This document shows positions 29,073 to 38,922 of a DNA stretch of 47,523 nt, piece by piece; position 1 is the first letter of the stretch, and every line of letters starts with the position of its first letter. The DNA is from Bdellovibrionota bacterium. GTDB taxonomy: Bacteria > Bdellovibrionota > UBA1018 > UBA923. Both the position numbers and the translations under genes were made by a program. The stretch lies in NCBI GenBank assembly GCA_040754655.1, contig JBFMCE010000014.1:1-47523 (forward strand), given 5' to 3'. The notes under the pieces are model-generated. The model was not told the origin of the DNA. It worked only from the letters and a program-made list of their open reading frames with translations, and searched no databases.

Positions 29073-32000
29073 GCTCCTAAACCAAGTTCTGATCTTGCCA
29101 GAGCTTCGCTCGATGGCATTCGCCTGCGTCAAAAGGGACTCGCAAGTTTTGGCCGTAGCTTTGTTTCCAAGCATGATCCTGCGAAAATCCGTCTCGCTGG
29201 GGCGCTTGATTCTTTTAGCCACGATCTGTTCGAACTCAGCGCGGCTCATCTGCATGTTTGCGCTCTTATGAAGCGCGCGCGCAACGTCTTTGACCAAAAG
29301 CGCGTTGCTTTTGAGGATGAACTCCGTCAACCGCGCAGAGTAGTCGAGCAACGCGGACTTTTCTTTTTCTAAACGTTCGAGCATTCCAGGAGAAAACTCG
29401 ACTTGCCCAGTCGAAGGGTTGGTGACTAGAGGAATTGGCGCCAAATTCAACGTCCCGCCGTCGAGCAACATGGTTTGCGCAAGCGCTCGAGCCCGCGAAA
29501 AGTCAGTACTTGCTCCCACCCCAGCATCCTTCAAGAACAAGACCTCAGCGATGTGTCCGCCAAGACCCACAGCAAGACGGTAAGGTCCCTTCTTTGCGGC
29601 TGGATAGACATCTTGCGTGGGAATATCTACGGCGGGCTCCATCCATCCGCCGTCTCCGCCGCCAAAGGTATTGATTTCAGCGACACTATTCCTGCCGTAC
29701 AAAGCCCGTCGCACGATGGCATGGCCAGCTTCATGCACGCTTGTCTCCCAAGCCGCTTTTTCTCTAGCTTCAGGGTGCATTTCAACAACCGAGCGTTGAA
29801 TTTCAGAAAGCTTTTTATTTTCGACGATCTTTCCATCGCGACGAACCACTGCCGTCATCCTGCGAGCTTCTGTATCGAAAACGACTTCCACTTCAGCTCC
29901 CGAATACTTCGCCTCATTTCCGACGAACATGACATTTAAAGGAGCCTCAACATACTTCTCCATGGCCTCCAAAACCCATCTAGCCCCGCGAATAGGAATA
30001 TAATCGGTGAGAAAGAACTTCTTCGCCGACTCTGAGAGTTTCACTGCAACTCCTGAATTCCTTAAGATCGCGGTGCTTGCATCGAAAAAGCGGTCACGCA
30101 ATCTCTCTACTGTCTGGTCATCAAGAGGACGATAAAGCGTAGGCTCCCCCAAACGACTTCGAAAGGCGGCGTTCGAAAAGGTCTTAGTGTACTGAGCTCT
30201 AAACTTCTCAGGATGGCGAACGGTCAGTCGATAATGCGCCATCAACTCGCGGTTAGTCATGAACTCAGCATGGTCTCCAAGAACTTCGGTGAACATATTG
30301 CCCGTCGCGATGAATACCGTGAACGGAGGCAAGCTTGTTTCCTTGGTGGCATAGACTGGAAGGCCATTGACCATACGAGCTTCGGCCGGGTTAGGCGGGA
30401 GCCTGAGTTCGTCGAAGACGCTCAACATGTAGTTTTGCAGAGTGTGTTTAGAAGGGCTGTTCTCTCCCATACGAGGAAGCTCATCTAAAAGCGCTACCAG
30501 ATAAGAAGAATTGCTCTTGGTGGCTGCTGCCAAAGGAGCTGAGACCACTCGATGAAAATCGCTCTCATGAACAACGTTGTTCATCTTGATTGACTTCAAG
30601 GCATTGGGATCATCAAAGAGGATCTTCGCAACTTTTCGGGCAAGCTCCGTTTTTCCGTTACCAGAAGGACCATCAACGTAAAGAACGACAGCGGTACGCC
30701 GACCCGCCTCAGCTGATTTCACTGCCTTCACAAGCTCGGATTCCATCCGATCGACCATGGCGTCAATCTCAACATCATGACCCAAGACTTCTTGTTTCAG
30801 CTCTGTACGCAACCGTGTTCGAGCTCTTTCAAGAAGTTCGGTTGGGCGCACCGGCAAAGGCCTGCCGATCTCAAAACTCGCTACCGTCGAACTGCCTTTA
30901 TTCACGGGTTGAAGCTGTATTGACGACAAGGTGTGAGTATCGCCTTGTGCGAACCTCACGAGGACGCGGTCTCCCGGCGAAACCTGGCCTTCTCGAATCG
31001 ATTGTTCAAACTTTTGAGAGATCCAATCATCAAGCTGGCTTTTCAGGAAGAAATCTCCCTCAAGAGGCGCGTAGGTCTCGTTCACAAGAAATGCCTTGAG
31101 CTCTGGGACCAACTCAAACTTCACCATCATGTCATTTTCAATGCGCGTTTGAATTTCACTCAAGTATTCCTCGACCAGCATCGCATGGTCCTTCTTAAGA
31201 CGCACTTTGATGGGAATATAGTCGGTGATCAAATTGAGCAGTTCATTCGAATACCCGCGGCTCCTCAATTCAGCACGGATCGACTCTGAATTGAATCGTG
31301 AATTGGCCTGCTTGAAGTCTTGCTCGGATTTCAATGCGTCGCCCGAGATATTCGAACCGTCTGCACCCGTGTAAAGAGCCGCACCGGCGTAGCTTCCAAG
31401 ACCTATGACGTGGTCGCGGGAAAGAGTGAGTGTGATTTCAACTTGTTTGTTTGCACCATCTTGAGTGCCTTCTCGCAGCGCTTTAGGCCACTGTTCAACC
31501 GGTACTTCTTTGTACTTCTCACACAATGCAGCGACCAGAGGAGGAATGAGAGTGACGTTTCCCTTCTCAAGAAATGAAGTAAGAACCTTTAAAACCTCAG
31601 GCGATGTTGCATCGACATGATCAAAGAAAATGCCTCCGCCATCGGGATGCTCAAGCAACCACAGCATCAAACCCGTTGGGTCTCCCATCCCAATATAACC
31701 TTGGCGAGAACCAAAGAGCTCGGCCCGAAAGAAAGCCTTTTCAGAATGCTCCGCAAGGCTCACTGAAAAGACGGGATTCGGGTCACCTGGGCGTTGTGAT
31801 TTGATAAAACGCTCAAAGTCATTGAGCTTGCTTGGCGTAGGCCCCGCGACGACGACGACGCTGAACTTCGTGGCCGTTGATTGCTTGCGGGCAATGTTCA
31901 CAAAAGTATCGACGGCCGCTTCTTGCCCGTACATGCCCTTAAGGCCTTGACGAACACGGTCTCCTGCGGCGTTACTCGCGGCGATTCGATCTTGAGCTCG

Positions 32001-32966
32001 AAGCACGGCGGCCCTTGTCGGATTTTTGGCGCCTTCCTGAGCTCCTTTCGCAAGCTCACCAGCGGATACACCAGGAACCATGAAAACCTCTGCTGGAAAA
32101 CTGGGCTCAAACATTCCCGCGAGAATGCGTTCGCGATAAGGCTCTCTAAAATGACCGTTCCGAATGATGTTTGTTCCGAACGAGGCCTCTCCTGGGCGGC
32201 TCTCTACCTTGCCGTCTTTCAAATCGATCGACATCGAAACGGGCAGCTCGACCTCGCGAAGCTCGGGCTTGATTTCATCTTTTCTCCGAACAGCCAGCGT
32301 CTGATTATAACTTCCTTTGATTTCCAAGGTGTCTTTACTGGAAACTGAGATTTCCAATGAACTGGGTTCTGAATCGGTTCTGAGAGGCAGCCAACCTACT
32401 TTGGATTCCGACGTCTGAGGGTCAACCCTGAGGACAACGAGATAGCGCTTCAGCTCAGGCAAGCCTTGCTCGACCACTTCAGCATTAAAAGTAGAAATGA
32501 CAACGCCGTCGCTTCCACGAACGATGCGATTGAAGATTTCACTTCCGTGACGATCAGAACCAAACGAAACAAAAGGCCCTACACTGTCTACCAAGACACG
32601 ATCAGCCACCGTATCAACGATACTGACCCAATGGCCATGGCGGATCACAGTGATTAGGGACCGGTTTTTCAGCGCGCCTCTTTGTCCGCTTGACGCAAGG
32701 ATCTCGATCTGATCAGGCTTTAGCCCGGGTACTTTTCCAAAGGATCGGATTGGAATGAGGCTTCCTTGTTCGCTTCTATCCAGCGCTTTCCTAAACAATT
32801 CGCCTGTCTGACCGTCGTATTCAAACAGATCGTTTGCATCGGTTCTGAGTGCGGCCTCGACGACGAACTTTTTTTCATCGGCATGCGTGAAACTTGGATT
32901 AACCCCTAGAAATATCTCCAAAACGCAAAGTGCAAGCGCACTTTTACGCAACCCCCGTTGCATCAT
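29052..32966 (-). CDS. Exported AAA+ / M41 protease fusion (two ClpB-D2-like modules plus FtsH-type peptidase)
   Basis: Signal peptide ending THA-DE; degenerate module with GQEAAV and GYIG; intact module with GPSGNGKT, LLDE and GAR; HEAGH...LGGHIAE...GASTD. Confidence 0.8.
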   Translation of the reverse strand: MMQRGLRKSALALCVLEIFLGVNPSFTHADEKKFVVEAALRTDANDLFEYDGQTGELFRKALDRSEQGSLIPIRSFGKVPGLKPDQIEILASSGQRGALKNRSLITVIRHGHWVSIVDTVADRVLVDSVGPFVSFGSDRHGSEIFNRIVRGSDGVVISTFNAEVVEQGLPELKRYLVVLRVDPQTSESKVGWLPLRTDSEPSSLEISVSSKDTLEIKGSYNQTLAVRRKDEIKPELREVELPVSMSIDLKDGKVESRPGEASFGTNIIRNGHFREPYRERILAGMFEPSFPAEVFMVPGVSAGELAKGAQEGAKNPTRAAVLRAQDRIAASNAAGDRVRQGLKGMYGQEAAVDTFVNIARKQSTATKFSVVVVAGPTPSKLNDFERFIKSQRPGDPNPVFSVSLAEHSEKAFFRAELFGSRQGYIGMGDPTGLMLWLLEHPDGGGIFFDHVDATSPEVLKVLTSFLEKGNVTLIPPLVAALCEKYKEVPVEQWPKALREGTQDGANKQVEITLTLSRDHVIGLGSYAGAALYTGADGSNISGDALKSEQDFKQANSRFNSESIRAELRSRGYSNELLNLITDYIPIKVRLKKDHAMLVEEYLSEIQTRIENDMMVKFELVPELKAFLVNETYAPLEGDFFLKSQLDDWISQKFEQSIREGQVSPGDRVLVRFAQGDTHTLSSIQLQPVNKGSSTVASFEIGRPLPVRPTELLERARTRLRTELKQEVLGHDVEIDAMVDRMESELVKAVKSAEAGRRTAVVLYVDGPSGNGKTELARKVAKILFDDPNALKSIKMNNVVHESDFHRVVSAPLAAATKSNSSYLVALLDELPRMGENSPSKHTLQNYMLSVFDELRLPPNPAEARMVNGLPVYATKETSLPPFTVFIATGNMFTEVLGDHAEFMTNRELMAHYRLTVRHPEKFRAQYTKTFSNAAFRSRLGEPTLYRPLDDQTVERLRDRFFDASTAILRNSGVAVKLSESAKKFFLTDYIPIRGARWVLEAMEKYVEAPLNVMFVGNEAKYSGAEVEVVFDTEARRMTAVVRRDGKIVENKKLSEIQRSVVEMHPEAREKAAWETSVHEAGHAIVRRALYGRNSVAEINTFGGGDGGWMEPAVDIPTQDVYPAAKKGPYRLAVGLGGHIAEVLFLKDAGVGASTDFSRARALAQTMLLDGGTLNLAPIPLVTNPSTGQVEFSPGMLERLEKEKSALLDYSARLTEFILKSNALLVKDVARALHKSANMQMSRAEFEQIVAKRIKRPSETDFRRIMLGNKATAKTCESLLTQANAIERSSGKIRTWFRSLFQRNK

Positions 32967-33029
32967 TTTTTGATCTCCCTAAACCGCTACGTCTCGCATA
33001 GCATTCCCTTAATAGTAGAACGACCTACA

Positions 33030-33051
33030 GTTGACACGCGGCATTGTCAAC
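33030..33051. promoter_or_regulatory. Inverted repeat GTTGACA-N8-TGTCAAC in a divergent promoter region
   Basis: Perfect 7-bp arms, each containing TTGACA. Confidence 0.45.
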
Positions 33052-33107
33052 CCGGGTCAAAACTTTTCCTCGAGACCGGCTCTAGCGGCGTGTTAATGTG
33101 TGAATCG

Positions 33108-33776
33108 ATGAATTTTTCAGTAAAAAAATTTCGCGAGAATTGGCGCTCTCGACAGAAGAGCCGTTTCTACTCAGGATGGTTGCACTTAGGTTTTACCTCG
33201 GCGGTAAGCTTGACGGGAATCGCTGCTGCGGTTGCTCAACTGGAAAGCGTGGCTTTCATCGAGTTCTTAGTGGTTCCGATTACTTTCGGTTACGCGAATT
33301 TCATTGAATACAAAATGCACAAAGGACCTCTTCACCGCAGGACGAGGTTTTTTGGGCTCCTCTTTCAACGGCATACTCTCGAACACCATCATTTTTTCAC
33401 GGCAGAGCATCTGCAAGTTGAAAAAGTGGACGACTTCAAAGTCGTGCTCTTCCCAGCATGGCTGATCGTTTTTTTCTTTGGCTTTTTCGCGATACCGGTT
33501 GGCTACGTATTTCACCAGCTCTTGTCAGCGAATGCCGGATATCTTTTCGCGGCGACGTCTCTAGGTTATTTCCTCAACTACGAATGGTTGCATCTCGCTT
33601 ATCACATTGATGAGAGATCATGGTTGGCCCGCTTGCCTTTGTTGAAAGGCTTAAGGAAACACCATCAGGTCCATCATGACCCGAGACTCATGAGCCGATA
33701 TCACTTCAACATCACCTACCCGATTTGCGATTGGTTGTTTCAGACGACTTTGCGTACAAAACGCAAAGTCGCATGA
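33108..33776 (+). CDS. Fatty acid hydroxylase / sterol desaturase family membrane protein
   Basis: His boxes EY.MHKGPLH, HTLEHH, YEWLH and HHQVHH; FNIT..DWLF.T. Confidence 0.85.
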   Translation: MNFSVKKFRENWRSRQKSRFYSGWLHLGFTSAVSLTGIAAAVAQLESVAFIEFLVVPITFGYANFIEYKMHKGPLHRRTRFFGLLFQRHTLEHHHFFTAEHLQVEKVDDFKVVLFPAWLIVFFFGFFAIPVGYVFHQLLSANAGYLFAATSLGYFLNYEWLHLAYHIDERSWLARLPLLKGLRKHHQVHHDPRLMSRYHFNITYPICDWLFQTTLRTKRKVA

Positions 33777-33785
33777 TTTGCCTAA

Positions 33786-33802
33786 GTGGCCCGCATATTG
33801 CT
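33786..33802 (+). promoter_or_regulatory. Putative sigma54 -24/-12 promoter
   Basis: GTGGCCCGCATATTGCT upstream of GGAGG and ATG 33850. Confidence 0.65.
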
Positions 33803-33849
33803 CAAACAACGATTCAACTTGATCAACATGTTCATGACCGGAGGAATTC

Positions 33850-34200
33850 ATGATGAAAACAACTTTCGCATTATTGGCGCCCGCACTCGTGCTTGCGATT
33901 AGCGCAAGCGCCCTCGCTCAAGGCAGCTCGAGCGGAAGCGGCTTGGGCGGTTCATCTTCAGCGACCTCGAATAGCGTCACTGGAACAACCACTCAAGACA
34001 GTGGTTCTTCGATGTCGACCGATACTCCTTCGGCCGATACAGCTACTCGAAGCAATACCAATGACCCGAACTCAGGGCCTGAGAGAGACCTTAGCAAAGA
34101 TGAACGCGCTGTAACAGGATCAGGCATTGATCGCGAACCTTCGAGCGACAATCCGCGCTCCAAGCGTAGGTCTGGTATCAAGGCACCGACATCAGAATGA
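33850..34200 (+). CDS. Small secreted Ser/Thr-rich disordered protein
   Basis: Signal peptide ending ALA-Q; strong SD; low-complexity mature part. Confidence 0.75.
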   Translation: MMKTTFALLAPALVLAISASALAQGSSSGSGLGGSSSATSNSVTGTTTQDSGSSMSTDTPSADTATRSNTNDPNSGPERDLSKDERAVTGSGIDREPSSDNPRSKRRSGIKAPTSE

Positions 34201-35233
34201 CGTCTTCCAGCGCGCGTTTGAGGTTTGGTCTCAAGACGTGAGTCATTCGAGGTTCGTACCTGTGGTAAAGAATCCCTTCTTTGCCAGAAACAGCACTTAC
34301 TGCGCTGAAATTGTCTTGGGCTGAAGGATCAAGCAAAAGATAAGCATGGCCACGGGCTTGGTAAGTTGCGCTCCTCCTGCTCACCTGTTTGAGCACATAG
34401 TCGCCCGCGCGTGCTTGGCTACTATTGACGTAGTCAAAATAATCAAAGTATCTGAGATGCGTACTTTCCCACGATTGCCCCAACGTTTGGCCTTGGCTGT
34501 TGAGGTAAGCTCTCTTCTCTGAAAGACGCTGCCGGTACTTTCGCAGAGCGAGCTGTTTCAGTGCATCAGCGCTCAAAGAAATTCCACCTTCGTTTTTTGC
34601 CTCAACATAAGGAAGCGCGATGTCAAAAAGGTATTCTGTAGGCAGAAGCGGAACCTTGGTTTCATAGCCAGTCGATGACGCAAAGGCTCTTTTGTGATTC
34701 CACCAGAGATACCGAGTGCAGTCCGCGCCGAGAAGTTCATTGAAAATCCGCTTTCGAGTGGCCTGATCAACCACAGTGGGATCACCGCCGAAAATATATC
34801 CTTTAAAAAGTTGGGGAGGCTCATCGTAATATTCCGCGAACCTGCGCTGGCCTTCGGTCAGATAGCCCGCATAATCAAGCCGGTATTTCGGGCTGAATAC
34901 TCGATTCCTCCACTCCATGGCGTTGATGATTGTTTGCAACCGCGTAAGTTCAACATAACTGGTTAAATTTTCGGGGCGCAGACTTTGGTTTGAGAGCGTT
35001 CTTTCAAGGCTTGCGGCTTCGCCCTTCAAGCTTGCTATCTCGGCCAACTCTCGCCGCTCATCGGGTGAGGCGATATTGCCAGGCCCGCCTAAGTCTTCGG
35101 GCAGCGCCTCATCATCGCTTTGAGCAGCATCGTAAGCAGCCTCAAGGGAACCGACGTTTTGCCCAGCGCTTCCGCAACCAAATGCAAATAACCCCAAAAC
35201 GAGGGCAAGAGCCCCCACCTTCCTTAGTGTCAT
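34178..35233 (-). CDS. Lipoprotein with a probable NlpC/P60-type cysteine hydrolase domain
   Basis: AFGC lipobox; YIFGG, GADCTRY, AGDYV and GHAYL in canonical NlpC/P60 order. Confidence 0.65.
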   Translation of the reverse strand: MTLRKVGALALVLGLFAFGCGSAGQNVGSLEAAYDAAQSDDEALPEDLGGPGNIASPDERRELAEIASLKGEAASLERTLSNQSLRPENLTSYVELTRLQTIINAMEWRNRVFSPKYRLDYAGYLTEGQRRFAEYYDEPPQLFKGYIFGGDPTVVDQATRKRIFNELLGADCTRYLWWNHKRAFASSTGYETKVPLLPTEYLFDIALPYVEAKNEGGISLSADALKQLALRKYRQRLSEKRAYLNSQGQTLGQSWESTHLRYFDYFDYVNSSQARAGDYVLKQVSRRSATYQARGHAYLLLDPSAQDNFSAVSAVSGKEGILYHRYEPRMTHVLRPNLKRALEDVILMSVP

Positions 35234-35249
35234 GCTTTTCTTGCTCCAT

Positions 35250-35269
35250 GGCCTGAATTCGTTCAGGCC
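35250..35269. other. Perfect 8-bp intergenic hairpin
   Basis: GGCCTGAA-TTCG-TTCAGGCC, with no U-tract on the coding (minus) strand. Confidence 0.4.
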
Positions 35270-35307
35270 TCATCTCTTGCGAGACGCAATGCATGTTTAT
35301 TTATTGC

Positions 35308-37344
35308 CTACGGACCAACGTTGGTCTGGTAGGTTTCCCCAATCAAATCCAAAACAACATTACCGGAATCTGTTTCTACGCTGAACTGCGCCGAATGAGT
35401 GCGTTGCCCGGCGGGATCGAAACGAATCCAGAAGTCCGCGGATCCTCCGGGCACCAGTGGAATCTGAAGCCCAGTCAGGGGCCGCATCACAGCGCTCCAC
35501 CTTTGATCCGAAGAACTGCGCGGAACATGGATCTGAAAAAACGCGGAATCCGGGCCCGCGATCCTTACAGCGGAAATGGTGGCCGTTCCCTGCCCCACAT
35601 TCTGGATAATGATAGGCTTGATGTATTGGTTTTCGTTCGCCGGATCATTGTCTATGAAATTGAACGAGAAATTGCGTGCGAAGCCCACAGGCACGTTCTG
35701 GTTCGTAGGGTAAAGAAGCTGAACGATGCCCGCCCCGAGTGGAGCACTGATCGGCAGTCTTGCAACCGAGGCATTGCAGTTGCCTCGAACGACGGCTGAT
35801 TGGTTTTGCGATCCGTGACAAATCACAAGACTTGCTTCAAGACCTATGTAAGTCGCAGGAAAAGGCCCCAACACGCCGATTCTAAAAAACTCGGTCACCC
35901 CGGCGGCCAAAACCGGATTCGCCTGCCCGCTCGATGCAGTGGAAAGAGTGAATGCCAAAGCATCACGGCCCTCAAACCACATCCCAAGGATTTTCGCAGG
36001 AGCGGATCCGTGATTCTCGATCCTGATCGGGTTGGGATACGACGTGAATGAGCTGTTTGAGTTCACGCCCGCAAAACGAATCGAGCTTGGCGTAGTGACG
36101 AGCCGTGGCTGAGTGTTCTTTGCTCCGATGCGAAACTCGATGAAGACCGGGTCTTTCTCTCCGAGCGTTCTGGTCGTTGAATACGAGGGTTCATCGACTC
36201 GATATGTTGGTACGCCGTCAAACTCAATCCGCCAGTTCAACTTTTGACGAGCTATGCCTGAAAGGAAGGTTGGGGTCGCGTTGGACAAGACGGGGCACGT
36301 CACGGTGTTGATGCCAGGTTCAGCCATACCCCGTGCGAGCGCGCAGCCTTGTTGACCCACGAGCATCCTTGAAGGCTCTAGATGGATTTTTTCACTTGGC
36401 CTTGAAGGATGAGGAACCCAAACTTTGGCCGCGTGGATGAAAAGATTGGGGCTGAAGTTTTCTCTCCACGTGCCGTCTTGATTGTTTTGCGTCTCCCAAG
36501 TGTAAATAGAAAGAATTGAACTAGAACGCCGATCACGCGTAAGCTGACGAGACAAGATGCGCACCCCGTCCACGGTCTTCACCACCGGACCATGCTCCCT
36601 CGTATCCATGAGGTATCTATTTGCGAAACGCGTGTTGCTGCGAAGCTGGAGGATGAACGAAGTGTCAAGCGTTGAACGCGGCGCTATCTTGCAATCAAGT
36701 TGGCAAAACGGGTCGATCGCGATTCTTTCGCCGGAAGGCAGGCAAAGCTGGGGATTTGCTTCAAGCGTGTTTGACGAGACTTGGCCCAAGCTAACTGATT
36801 TGCCAGGAGAAGAAAAACAGTCGTCATGCTCATTCGGAGCTCCAGACGATTCCCAGAATTGCACGATCGCGTGAATGTCTTTTCTGAAGAAACCTGCCGA
36901 AAGCGGGCTACCCAGGCGATTCACAACCGGTCTGCGAGTCACGGGATCGGTAAAAGTGCACCCCGCGACTGCTGCAGGCCGCGGCGTATGAGAGGCGGAA
37001 TCAAATTTCGCGACCACTTCCCAGCTCAGGTTAAGCTGCTCCCCGCGCGGCATCCAATAACAACTGCTCTTGCGAAGATCAGTCAGGCTTGTCTCCGCCA
37101 AATTCGGATAGAGATCCGCCATGAGTTCATGGGGAAGCGCACGTCCCGAATTAAACAGGGTCGGACCGGAGACTGACTGCTGCATCTGTGTCAACGGAGC
37201 AAAATCGCGGCGAAACTTAGCATTGAACTTGAGATCGTAATCGAAGGTGAGAAGGCTTCCGGAAATCTGAGCATGAGCGGAACCCGCTAGCCCTAGAAAA
37301 ACAAACAGGCACTTTGTCGCTCTGACGCACTGAACCCACTCCAT
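35308..37344 (-). CDS. Secreted protein with two C-terminal Ig-like (choice-of-anchor D / ASH-like) domains
   Basis: Signal peptide ending AHA-Q; IRIENHGSAP..I and IIIQNVGQGTATI...GPDSAFF...IRFDP; ATG 37344 after GGAGG. Confidence 0.7.
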   Translation of the reverse strand: MEWVQCVRATKCLFVFLGLAGSAHAQISGSLLTFDYDLKFNAKFRRDFAPLTQMQQSVSGPTLFNSGRALPHELMADLYPNLAETSLTDLRKSSCYWMPRGEQLNLSWEVVAKFDSASHTPRPAAVAGCTFTDPVTRRPVVNRLGSPLSAGFFRKDIHAIVQFWESSGAPNEHDDCFSSPGKSVSLGQVSSNTLEANPQLCLPSGERIAIDPFCQLDCKIAPRSTLDTSFILQLRSNTRFANRYLMDTREHGPVVKTVDGVRILSRQLTRDRRSSSILSIYTWETQNNQDGTWRENFSPNLFIHAAKVWVPHPSRPSEKIHLEPSRMLVGQQGCALARGMAEPGINTVTCPVLSNATPTFLSGIARQKLNWRIEFDGVPTYRVDEPSYSTTRTLGEKDPVFIEFRIGAKNTQPRLVTTPSSIRFAGVNSNSSFTSYPNPIRIENHGSAPAKILGMWFEGRDALAFTLSTASSGQANPVLAAGVTEFFRIGVLGPFPATYIGLEASLVICHGSQNQSAVVRGNCNASVARLPISAPLGAGIVQLLYPTNQNVPVGFARNFSFNFIDNDPANENQYIKPIIIQNVGQGTATISAVRIAGPDSAFFQIHVPRSSSDQRWSAVMRPLTGLQIPLVPGGSADFWIRFDPAGQRTHSAQFSVETDSGNVVLDLIGETYQTNVGP

Positions 37345-37521
37345 GGTTTCCTCCAATCCCTTCCTGCTCTAACCATCTTCAAGTATTGGACCAGCGGCTT
37401 TCAAGGTCAACTCGCAAAATCCTGGTGTCAAAGCAACACTGAAGCTTCGTTGCAAAGTAGGGACAATAGGCCATTATGCAACCAGGCATGTACTTTTTTC
37501 AATGCAAACGACCGGAAGTCA

Positions 37522-37538
37522 CCGGCACGCCGATTGCT
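37522..37538 (+). promoter_or_regulatory. Putative sigma54 -24/-12 promoter
   Basis: CCGGCACGCCGATTGCT, a near-consensus match. Confidence 0.7.
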
Positions 37539-37551
37539 TCTTCCATGCCAA

Positions 37552-38037
37552 ATGAGGCAACCTATAAAATGCATCTGCGCTTTGGTAATAACCCTTACCT
37601 TCTTTCAAGGGGCATGTGGCGAAGGAGAGCAAGACGATCGCTCACCCGCCGGCAATGCGGCCAGCCCGTCGCCCAGCGCGAGCCCCGCTTCTACGGGCGG
37701 CATTGATCTCGATTCGCTCAGCCAACAAGAACTTTTCAACTTGCGGCGCACTCTTGATCAAGAGATTAAAAACCAAATCTCAAATAAAGCCTGCTCCAAC
37801 GACTCGCAATGCAGAAGTATTGCATTCGGCGAGAAATCTTGCGGCGGACCGGATTCTTATTTGGTCTATTCAACTCAGCAGACAGACGCCTCGCAAGTGG
37901 AATCAAAGGTCGCGCTTTATAACCGCGTCGACAAACGATGGGACGAAGTGCGCGGCGGCGTCAGTGATTGCCGGTTCATTGAAGAGCCCAGGGTTGAATG
38001 CATGGCGAGCGCCTGCGCTGGAACGACGAACCAATAA
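37552..38037 (+). CDS. Small Cys-rich lipoprotein of unknown function
   Basis: QGAC lipobox; ACSNDSQC...KSCGGP.SYLVYS...SDC...C...C with six mature cysteines. Confidence 0.75.
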   Translation: MRQPIKCICALVITLTFFQGACGEGEQDDRSPAGNAASPSPSASPASTGGIDLDSLSQQELFNLRRTLDQEIKNQISNKACSNDSQCRSIAFGEKSCGGPDSYLVYSTQQTDASQVESKVALYNRVDKRWDEVRGGVSDCRFIEEPRVECMASACAGTTNQ

Positions 38038-38040
38038 AGC

Positions 38041-38922
38041 CTACTTGTTAATGCGATGCATGGCCGTGATCATGAAGGTTCGGGAAAGTTGCGAGTTGTA
38101 AGTCGGCCCAAACAAAGTTTGGTCGGCGTAAGAACCCACGAGCGACCAGGCGTCTTGAAAAGAGGCTCCCATGCTCACTCCCGAGGTCCACACTAATTTT
38201 GAGCGCTGAGAGGTGAGCCCGTTCGGATCAGAGTCGGTGCCCTCCCATTGAGGCCCTATCGAGACCCCAAAGCGAAATTGGCCTGGATTGTAACCCAACC
38301 CGATGTCGCCCAGAAAAACTGAGCCAAAAGAAAAAGAGCCCTGGGGTAAATACCTTTGGTGCGTTCCCAAAAGATACGCATCAAAGCCCTTGAAAGATTT
38401 TTGCGAAAAAAAACCAAGGGCCCCGCCCCATGCCCCGCGGCCATGCACATCCGAGCGCAAAAGATCGCTGCTCTGATCGGGCGCTCTGCCGGCAGGAACA
38501 ATGAGGTCCGCAAAAATCCAAGTTCGAGGGAAAACTTGGTGGTAGCTGAGTTCTTCAATCGCTTCAAACGCTGCTCCCAGCGAAAGATCCGCGATTCCCC
38601 AATTCGCAGACTTTCTCGCATCAATCGCGCGATACCTTCGGTTCAAAGGAACGCCTGAATGCAGCTGCCATCTCGGATCAAGGGCATAAGACAGATCCAC
38701 GGCGACTCTCGTGACAGATTCATCATTGCCCTCGCGGTTGAACACGCTTGAGCCATCCTCTCGAGAGTTGCCGACCACGCCGCTTTGCGAGATCCTCGTT
38801 GAAACTTGCAAGGAAGCATCTGAAGTGATCAGAGACGGCACCACTGCTGTTCCCGAACAGCAAGGAGCCGCATGTGCTAGCGGGGAAAGCCAAATCCACA
38901 GCGCGATCCAAAAACCAATCAC
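38041..38922 (-). CDS. Probable outer-membrane beta-barrel with an N-terminal CC motif
   Basis: Signal peptide AHA-APCCSG; amphipathic strands; GIADLSLG and VPAG motifs of MetA-pathway-like barrels. Confidence 0.6.
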   Translation of the reverse strand: MIGFWIALWIWLSPLAHAAPCCSGTAVVPSLITSDASLQVSTRISQSGVVGNSREDGSSVFNREGNDESVTRVAVDLSYALDPRWQLHSGVPLNRRYRAIDARKSANWGIADLSLGAAFEAIEELSYHQVFPRTWIFADLIVPAGRAPDQSSDLLRSDVHGRGAWGGALGFFSQKSFKGFDAYLLGTHQRYLPQGSFSFGSVFLGDIGLGYNPGQFRFGVSIGPQWEGTDSDPNGLTSQRSKLVWTSGVSMGASFQDAWSLVGSYADQTLFGPTYNSQLSRTFMITAMHRINK

